Shown here: positions 56,281-64,000 of the stretch, one piece after another
Layout: each line of letters begins with the position of its first letter
Numbering within the stretch: position 1 is the stretch's first letter
Assembly (NCBI RefSeq): GCF_000315625.1
Contig: NW_005434495.1
Location: 28,153 to 92,152, forward strand
Source of the DNA: Guillardia theta CCMP2712
Lineage: Eukaryota > Protista > Cryptophyta
Length of the DNA: 64,000 nucleotides
Reading direction: 5' to 3'
Notes under the pieces: model-generated
Told to the model about the DNA's origin: nothing
Databases searched by the model: none
What the model saw: the letters and a program-made list of their open reading frames with translations, nothing else
Made by a program: the position numbers and the translations under genes

Positions 56281-56356
56281 GAGCCGGCCCTTAGTAAGAG
56301 CAGCCGGCCCTTAGTAAGAGCAGCCGGCCCTTAGTAAGAGCAGCCGGCCCTTAGTA
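56281..56356 (+). repeat. 20-bp repeat GAGCAGCCGGCCCTTAGTAA, ~4 copies
   Basis: Directly visible; abuts the telomeric tract. Confidence 0.95.
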
Positions 56357-56514
56357 CTGAGAGCATGCTGCTCCGACTCTGCGGCGCGTAGGAAGAGCGC
56401 AACGGGACAGGAGGAAGCTGCGAGCAAGTTCTTGGTATAGTTCAAACAGCTTTCTAAGTATGGTACTGCAGTATGATGAGAGCGTTCGCAACCACGCAGG
56501 GCGAGCGCTCTGGA

Positions 56515-58556
56515 AGCTGCATCTTCGATGACTGCTGACAGCTCGCTGACGAGCTGGCATGTCCTCTTGGCTTGACGGAGATGCTGCCTCCATTGTGATC
56601 CCGGCTCTCCAGGTCTGTAAACTCCAGCCACTCTCCCTCGCTCTCCTCCTGTCGCTGCGCTGCGTCGCTGGTGCCCCGCTGACCAGCCGCCTCAGAGTCA
56701 GGCTCCTTGTCGAAGCCGACTGCTTCGAGCTTGGTTGCTGCGCCTTCGAGATAGAAGGGCAGCTCCTTCATCATGCGTCGAGCATCCTCCGTGGAGCCGA
56801 GGAGGATGCATAGCTTGGACCCGTTCCAGGACTTGGTGTTCAAATCCTCCTCCATGTCGATGCCTTCCGAACGTTGATCTCGAGCCTGTTAGCGATCTCC
56901 AACAAGACTCTCTTGACTCTTGCGATAGACGTGTTGCCGCCGTTGCACAGCCCCTCCATCTCCTTCCTCGTGAAGCGACCAGATGCCGCCGTCGACTTGA
57001 TGATGATCTTGATCTCCTTGCCGTCCTTGCCGCCTGCCTTCTTCTACATCCTTGATGCCTTCTTCAATTTATTTCTGGACACAAAGCGATCAGCTGTCAA
57101 CTCGACTGCGAGCGCCTCTCTGATCTTCGGGTCCTCGCTGAACAGAGTCAGGTGTACTCCCTCCATCGCTTCGCTCTCTCGGAAAGCTCGAAATGCTGTA
57201 TCATTCGCCTCTGGGCAGCTCGAGGAGACGATCCACTCCACCTCCCTCTGTCTCCAGATGACGTTGGCCCCTACAGCGATGAAGCCTTTCTGACCTAAGC
57301 CTTTGTGGACTTGCTGTCCTGGCGCCCCAGCGACCAGCATGCCTGCCAGCGGCTGGAGTTGGACCGCTGCAAGGGACTGGCGCAGCAGCTGATAGCGATA
57401 GACGGCAGCTATCTCAGCCGTTGTCATGCCGCCCAAGGTTAGCAGGTGAGTCAGCTCTGCCAAGCTGCCCCCTTTGCCCCAGGGTCCTCTCTTGGCTCGA
57501 ATCTTGAAAGATCGATCGTGCATGATGCTCACATGTACAGCTGTGAACTTGCGACCATCGATCGCGAAGTCCTCTCTTCCCTGCCAGAGCTTCTCCGCTT
57601 GTGCATTGCGGAGGAAGGAAACAGTCACCGGGATCTCCTCAGCACTCGCTATCTCGGGTCTATACGGAGCCTTCCACATGATTGCTTTACTCTCTTGCAC
57701 TGAGTCTACGATCAGTCCGATCTCTTCAAATTTCTTCTTCAGCTTTTCTTCATGGTTGACATACACCGAGGAGATGCCCAGGAGAGTCATGGAGATGAAG
57801 GAAGTCACCTCGTTGCCTGCTGAGGCGGTGTATGTCTCGACCTTCTCCTTCTTGGCTTCTTCAATCTGCTGCATAAACCACTCTCTGGATGCGTCACTCC
57901 ATCCAGTCATCGCTTCTTGCAGAAACTCACGTCGTGCCTGCTGACATGTCGAGCGGATGGCTTCTGCGATAGCGTCGGGGGTGCATCCCTCCACAGCCTT
58001 GCAAGCCTGGGCTGTCCTGCTGTTCGGATAACGCTTCGCGAAGCTCTTCACCCTCTCGACGAGATCAGCTTCGAGGACAGAGGCATCCACAAGTCCGCTC
58101 TGCGTGTGCTAGGTAGTTTGCATGGCTTGTTATCACCTTGCTCTATTCTAGTCTAACAGGGATCTCGTGACCTGGCAGTTCGGCCCGACTTGGCTGGCCC
58201 TTATGGCAGCCGTGCTTCTGCTCTGCTCCCTCCTCTGATATACTTCAGTGGTCTTCCCCGGCCTCAGCCAGTGGAGTTTCCTCCGCCTGCCTTGGCCTGG
58301 GTCGTCCGTGCTTTCAACTTGTGTTGCTTCCTCGTCTCCGACACACCTTGGCGGTCTCGGCCGGCCTTCGGCCAGTGAGTGAATGAGGGATAAGGTGGTA
58401 GGTGGAATGCATATGGGTCCCTGGAACTCACGTCCCTTCCGAGTCCCCCGGGCCTCGGTCCGGACCGGGCCCGAGAGCCCGGCCGGCCTCCGCCCGGCCT
58501 CCTCCTCCCCCCTCCCCCACCGGCTTACCTGCCCTTACCTTCGTTGCTTGCCCCAT
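56515..58556 (-). pseudogene. ORF1-like (RRM-type) gene of unit A, disrupted by a stop at 57044 and downstream frameshifts; possible first exon 58556-58539
   Basis: 348-aa ORF 57044-58090 is homologous to 60035+ and 62913+. Homology continues past the stop in other frames (SWNGSKLCILLGSTEDARRMMKELPFYLEG; WLEFTDL; MEAASPS). Confidence 0.7.
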
Positions 58557-59138
58557 GTCCACCTCATTTATTTCTTCCTCCTTCCCCCCATGGGGCCCAC
58601 AGCTCCGCTCCGCCTCTTGTCCACCTCTATCTGCAGAGCGTTACAACACGCGCAAGCCTGAAACAGGCTACAAGGAATGGCAAGCAGCAAAGCTCACCAT
58701 GGAACGTAGACCTAACCAGATGGAAAGGCGAGAGAATGGCCAAAAACGCGCAGGCGAGCTTCAGATGACCCAGGTAGCCGAAGATGCATGGCTAGAGGAG
58801 AGATGGAAAGACGGAGCGGCCCTGCAAATACCAGACAGGTCAGCTCAGGGGGACATCCTGCCATACCCCCCTCCACCACCTCCCGCCCCATGCCCCGTCT
58901 CTCCACTCCAGCCACCTTCCCCCCCACCAGACATGCACGCAGAGACAAACTCGAAGCACGACAAGGAGACTAGGGGGGAGGAGGAGCCATCAGCCCCAAC
59001 GAAGATGCAAGAGAGGTACGCGTCCCACCTTCAATGGGCATCGGAGGCGGAGGAGCAAATCCTAACAGCAAGCAGCAACGCACACGAGGCTACCACCGAT
59101 AGGTCAGTGCACTCAGCATGGGTGGAAACCCACAAGAG

Positions 59139-59175
59139 GGGTTTAGGGTTTAGGGTTTAGGGTTTAGGGTTTAGG
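59139..59175 (+). repeat. Interstitial telomeric tract 2, ~5 x TTTAGGG
   Basis: Directly visible. Confidence 0.95.
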
Positions 59176-59946
59176 AGCCGGCCCTTAGTAAGAGCAGCCG
59201 GCCCTTAGTAAGAGCAGCCGGCCCTTAGTAAGAGCAGAGCCGGCCCTTAGTAAGAGCAGCCGGCCCTTAGTAAGAGCAGCCGGCCCTTAGTAAGAGCAGC
59301 CGGCCCTTAGTAAGAGCAGCCGGCCCTTAGTAAGAGCAGCCGGCCCTTAGTAAGAGCAGCCGGCCCTTAGTAAGAGCAGAGCCGGCCCTTAGTAAGAGCA
59401 GAGCCGGCCCTTAGTAAGAGCAGCCGGCCCTTAGTAAGAGCAGCCGGCCCTTAGTAAGAGCAGAGCCGGCCCTTAGTAAGAGCAGCCGGCCCTTAGTAAG
59501 AGCAGCCGGCCCTTAGTAAGAGCAGCCGGCCCTTAGTAAGAGCAGCCGGCCCTTAGTAAGAGCAGCCGGCCCTTAGTAAGAGCAGCCGGCCCTTAGTAAG
59601 AGCAGCCGGCCCTTAGTAAGAGCAGCCGGCCCTTAGTAAGAGCAGCCGGCCCTTAGTAAGAGCAGCCGGCCCTTAGTAAGAGCAGCCGGCCCTTAGTAAG
59701 AGCAGCCGGCCCTTAGTAAGAGCAGCCGGCCCTTAGTAAGAGCAGCCGGCCCTTAGTAAGAGCAGCCGGCCCTTAGTAAGAGCAGCCGGCCCTTAGTAAG
59801 AGCAGCCGGCCCTTAGCCTAAGAGCAGCCGGCCCTTAGTAAGAGCAGCCGGCCCTTAGTAAGAGCAGCCGGCCCTTAGTAAGAGCAGCCGGCCCTTAGTA
59901 AGAGCAGCCGGCCCTTAGTAAGAGCAGCCGGCCCTTAGTAAGAGCA
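59176..59946 (+). repeat. Tandem array of the 20-bp repeat GAGCAGCCGGCCCTTAGTAA, ~38 copies
   Basis: Near-perfect units; four +AG variants and one +CC variant; no spacers. Confidence 0.97.
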
Positions 59947-60034
59947 TGCTGCCCTGCGGCGCGTAGGGAGAGCGCAAGGGGACCGGTGGAAGCTGCGAGC
60001 AAGAGGTTCGTATAGTTCAAACAGCTTTCTAAGC

Positions 60035-61536
60035 ATGGTACTACAGTATGATGAGAGCGTTCGCAACCTGCTGTATCGGAGATCATGCCAATACACGCAG
60101 GGTGAGCGCTCTGGAGGCCACGTCGAGGAGGCCGCCGACCTCGTCGAGAAGGTGAAGAACTTCACCAAGCGTTATCCGAATAGTCGGACAGCTTATGCTT
60201 GCAGAGCTGAGGGGGGATGCACTCCCGACGCTATCGCTGAAGCCATCCGCTCGACATGTCGGCAGGCGAGACGCGACCTGTTTGAAGACTCTCTGAGCGA
60301 ATGGAGCTCAGAGTCGAGAGCATGGTTTATTCAACAGATGGAGGAGGCCAAGAAGCAGAATGTCGAGACATACATCGGCACCGAAGGCACCGAGGGGACC
60401 TCCTTCATCTCCATGACTCTCCTAGGGATTTCCTCGATGTATGTTCGATGTATGTTCGAAGGCAGGACAGAATACGCCATCGAAGGGAGAGTCTTTCGAG
60501 CCACAGAGGTGAGCATTGCACATGACCGGTCGTTCAAGCTTCGAGCCAAGCGAGGACCTTGGGGCAAGGGAGGGAGCCTTGCCGAGCTATCACAGCTCTT
60601 AGCTCTTGGAGGAATGTCGACGGCTGAGATCGCTCAGATCTATCGATTTCAGCTGCTCTCGCAATCTCTTGCAGCCGCAGAGGTACAACCACTTGCGGGC
60701 ATGCTCGTGCAGGGTCCTGGGCAGAGAGGTCGCAAGGGGCCGAGCCCGAAGACGTATGTTGCTGTTGGGGCAAGTACCGGAGCTCTCCAGCAGAGAGAGC
60801 TAGAGTGGGTGCTCAGCTCGCCTTCGACGGCAAGCTGCGAGCAGACCTTGGCCTCGTTCAGAGAGAGCGAGGCGATGGAGGGGGTGCATCTCACTCTCAT
60901 CAGCGACGACGTCAAGCTCAGAGAGACGTTTGCAGTCGAGCTCACAGCCGACACCTTCGTGCCGAGGGGAAAGATTGCCAAGCAAAGGAGGGCACTTCGC
61001 GAGAGAGATCATGCGGGGCGCAGCAGCTTCAGAGTACAGATCAAGTCGAGGTCAAGCATGAGCACAGGCCGCTTCTCGAGGAAGGAGATGGAAGCGCTGT
61101 GCGGAGGAGGTAACACATCGATCACGAGAGTCAAGCGAGCCATGTTGGAGTTAGCAAGAAGAATGAACCTCAAGCTTGTCAGCGTCGAGGTCGAGGAGGA
61201 TCGTGACACGCTCAGCTGGGATGGGAGCCTGATAGCTCTCTCCCTGGCGACCAAGGCAGAGGCTCGACGCTTGATGGAAGACATGCCCTTCTACTTGGAA
61301 GGGATCCTGGAAGTCAAGCTGGAGGCGGTGGGGTTCAAACCCACTGTCAGCTCTCAGGAGGAAGAGGAGTGCGAGGAGCAAGCCCAAGAGCCCCAAGCCG
61401 CCGGGCAGCAGCAAGGCGCTGGATGGCTGGAGCTCAGCGACATCGACAGGATCACCATGGAAGCAGCGTCACCGTCAGGGCCAGTCGACCAACAGGTCTT
61501 GCTCGACCTCTCGACGATGCTCTTGGAGACATCAGA
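60035..61536 (+). CDS. ORF1-like protein of unit B (RRM-like folds; in-frame internal deletion; runs into gap)
   Basis: Open for 500 codons; homologous to unit A and C ORFs; lacks ~58 aa present in C. Confidence 0.65.
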
Positions 61537-62095
61537 NNNNNNNNNNNNNNNNNNNNNNNNNNNNNNNNNNNNNNNNNNNNNNNNNNNNNNNNNNNNNNNN
61601 NNNNNNNNNNNNNNNNNNNNNNNNNNNNNNNNNNNNNNNNNNNNNNNNNNNNNNNNNNNNNNNNNNNNNNNNNNNNNNNNNNNNNNNNNNNNNNNNNNNN
61701 NNNNNNNNNNNNNNNNNNNNNNNNNNNNNNNNNNNNNNNNNNNNNNNNNNNNNNNNNNNNNNNNNNNNNNNNNNNNNNNNNNNNNNNNNNNNNNNNNNNN
61801 NNNNNNNNNNNNNNNNNNNNNNNNNNNNNNNNNNNNNNNNNNNNNNNNNNNNNNNNNNNNNNNNNNNNNNNNNNNNNNNNNNNNNNNNNNNNNNNNNNNN
61901 NNNNNNNNNNNNNNNNNNNNNNNNNNNNNNNNNNNNNNNNNNNNNNNNNNNNNNNNNNNNNNNNNNNNNNNNNNNNNNNNNNNNNNNNNNNNNNNNNNNN
62001 NNNNNNNNNNNNNNNNNNNNNNNNNNNNNNNNNNNNNNNNNNNNNNNNNNNNNNNNNNNNNNNNNNNNNNNNNNNNNNNNNNNNNNNNNNNNNNN
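61537..62095. other. Assembly gap (N run)
   Basis: Ns. Confidence 1.
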
Positions 62096-62597
62096 AAATG
62101 AGAAAAAATGGGGCAAGCACCGAAGGTAAGGGCAGGTAAGCCCCTTCCGAGTGGGGAGGGGGAGGCGGGGGGGGAGGAGGCCGGGCGAAGGCCGGCCGGG
62201 CTCTCGGGCCCGGTCCGGACCGAGGCCCGGGTTAAGGGACGTGAGTCCCAGGGACCCATCCACAACCCACTTGCCACCTCATCCATCAGCCACTCACTGG
62301 CCGAAGGCCGGCCGAGACCGCAAAGGTGTGTCGGAGCCGAGAAAGCAACACAAGTAAAGCACGGACGTCCCAGGCCAAGGCCGGCGGAGGAAACTCCACT
62401 GGCTGAGGCCGGGGAAGACCACTGAAGTATATCAGAGGAGGGAGCAGAGCAGAAGCACGGCTGCCATAAGGGCCAGCCAAGTCGGGCCGAACTGCCAGGT
62501 CACGAGATCCCTGTTAGACTAGAATAGAGCAAGGTGAAAACAAGCCATGCAACCTACCTAGCATTCTAATAAACTCAACTACTACTACTACTACTAC

Positions 62598-62622
62598 TAG
62601 GGTTTAGGGTTTAGGGTTTAGG
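62598..62622 (+). repeat. Interstitial telomeric tract 3, preceded by an (ACT)n run at 62578-62599
   Basis: Directly visible. Confidence 0.95.
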
Positions 62623-62767
62623 AGGACTTACATGATCGGTTACTCACTTGCATGAAGAAACTCGAAGGAAGGGGAATCAGGATCCGACTCCAACTAGCAA
62701 AAGAATCTCAGAGACACATTCAAGAGGCAAAGGAAATGGCCAAGCAAGGAAAACAAGCATTCGCCTC

Positions 62768-62803
62768 GGGTTTAGGGTTTAGGGTTTAGGGTTTAGGGTT
62801 TAG
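62768..62803 (+). repeat. Interstitial telomeric tract 4, ~5 x TTTAGGG
   Basis: Directly visible. Confidence 0.95.
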
Positions 62804-64000
62804 CAGGCCGCCCCTTCCCGAGGCATGCACATCCGCGGCGCGTAGGGAGAGCGCAAGGGGACCGGTGGAAGCTGCGAGCAAGAGGTTCGTATAGTTCAAA
62901 CAGCTTCTAAGCATGGTACTACAGTATGATGAGAGCGTTCGCAACCTGCTGTATCGGAGATCATGCCAATACACGCAGGGTGAGCGCTCTGGAGGCCACG
63001 TCGAGGAGGCCGCCGACCTCGTCGAGAGGGTGAAGAGCTTCGCGAAGCGGTATCCTGGTAGTAGGACAGCTCAGGCTTGCAGAGCTGAGGGGGGATGCAC
63101 TCCCGACGCTATCGCTGAAGCCATCCGCTCGACATGTCGGCAGGCGAGACGCGACCTGTTTGAAGACTCTCTGAGTGAATGGAGCTCAGAGTCGAGAGCA
63201 TGGTTTATTCAACAGATGGAGGAGGCCAAGAAGCAGAATGTCGAGACATACATCGGCACAGAAGGCACCGAGGGGACCTCCTTCATCTCCATGACTCTCC
63301 TAGGGATTTCCTCGATGTATGTTCGACAAGAAGAAAAGTTGAAATCGAAGCTTATGGAGCTAGGTCTCATGGTAGACTCAGTCGATGGAGTCGACAAGGC
63401 CATCATGTGGAAAGCACCTTACAGACCTGAGATAGCACGAGCAGACGACATCTCAGTCACCGTCTCCTTCCTTCGGAATGAAGCAGCCATGGAGCTATGG
63501 GAAGGCAGGAAAGAATACTGCATAGAAGGGAGAGCCTTCCGAGCCACAGAGGTGAGCATTGCACACGACCGGTCGTTCAAGCTTCGAGCCAAGCGAGGAC
63601 CTTGGGGCAAGGGAGGGAGCCTTGCCGAGCTATCGCAGCTCTTAGCTCTCGGAGGAATGTCGACGGCTGAGATCGCTCAGATTTATCGATTTCAGCTGCT
63701 CTCGCAATCTCTTGCAGCCGCAGAGGTACAACCACTTGCAGGCATGCTCGTGCAGGGTCCTGGGCAGAGAGTTCGCAAGGGGCCGAGCCAGAAGACGTAT
63801 GTCTCTGTTGGGGCAAGTCCGGGCACTCTCCAGCAAAAAGAGATAGAGTGGGTGATGAGCTCGCCTTCGACGACAAGACAGGAGCAGACCTTGGCCTAGT
63901 TCAGAGAGAGCGAGGCGATGGAGGGGGTGCATCTCACTCTCATCAGCGACGACGCCAAGCTCAGAGAGGCGTTTGCAGTCGAGCTCACAGCCGACACCTT
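62804..64000 (+). mobile_element. Telomere-associated unit C (single diverged repeat monomer + module M + ORF1 62913-, premature TAG at 63897; runs off window)
   Basis: Near-identical to unit B across M and the start of ORF1. TCG in B is TAG here, and homology continues after the stop. Confidence 0.7.

Larger units (their letters stand above)
56278..59138 (-). mobile_element. Telomere-associated retroelement-like unit A (repeat + module M + ORF1 on minus strand + conserved leader + plus-strand fragment)
   Basis: Bounded by TTTAGGG tracts. Shares module 56361-56514 with 59942-60115 and 62820-62993, ORF1 with units B and C, and segment 58107-58556 with 62108-62563. Confidence 0.7.
59176..62599 (+). 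mobile_element. Telomere-associated unit B (array + module M + ORF1 on plus strand + gap + conserved segment + AATAAA-(ACT)n tail)
   Basis: Bounded by TTTAGGG tracts. Continuity across the N gap is not verifiable. Confidence 0.65.

Noticed and set aside
58107-58556. Hammerhead or HDV ribozyme in the conserved segment
   Set aside because: By eye I found no CUGANGA...GAAA core on either strand and no convincing HDV P3/L3 pattern. A covariance search is still warranted.
59176-59946. CRISPR array
   Set aside because: Units are contiguous with no unique spacers; eukaryotic context; no cas genes.
60048-60054. C/D snoRNA (ATGATGA box C in module M)
   Set aside because: No properly placed box D (CTGA) or terminal stem.
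59942-60115. Module M as read-through cDNA of telomerase RNA
   Set aside because: Attractive because it follows TTTAGGG, but copies are diverged from each other, are separated from the telomere by variable arrays and are always fused to ORF1. This fits a mobile-element terminus better. Not formally excluded without the TR sequence.
61354-62286. Long ORFs spanning 61.3-62.3 kb in the ORF track
   Set aside because: Artefacts of reading through the N gap.
62385-62400. RNase P RNA (GAGGAAACTCC resembles the P4/CR-I motif)
   Set aside because: No complementary 3' P4 strand or CR-V motif was seen; the sequence is explained by a local GAAA-tetraloop hairpin inside a repeated element.

Overview
Gene-dense eukaryotic nuclear DNA with many ~30-60 nt GT-AG introns, bipartite plastid-targeting leaders and TTTAGGG repeats. 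This fits a cryptophyte such as Guillardia theta (inference, not verified). Bases 1-55.5 kb hold about 23 ordinary genes: SMC1, DNAAF4/DYX1C1, a PKA catalytic subunit, a FANCD2-like gene, a GT23 fucosyltransferase, a mitochondrial-carrier-family protein with a plastid-type leader, a histidine phosphatase, a GNAT, an Sm/LSm protein and an ankyrin protein that both carry LRGG leaders, and several hypotheticals. From ~56.2 kb to the end the window looks subtelomeric. Four short (TTTAGGG)n tracts, all G-rich on the + strand, alternate with three related copies of an apparently unclassified retroelement-like unit. Each unit starts at the telomeric tract with 4, ~38 or 1 (diverged) copies of a 20-bp repeat, then a shared ~170-bp module, then an RRM-like ORF1 (inverted in one copy). 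The region also has a hyperconserved, hairpin-rich ~450-bp segment that may be an intron or pseudo-LTR, an AATAAA-(ACT)n tail, and a possible RNase H-like fragment. No reverse transcriptase is visible, and an assembly gap (61537-62095) limits interpretation. Exon boundaries for intron-rich genes are approximate.
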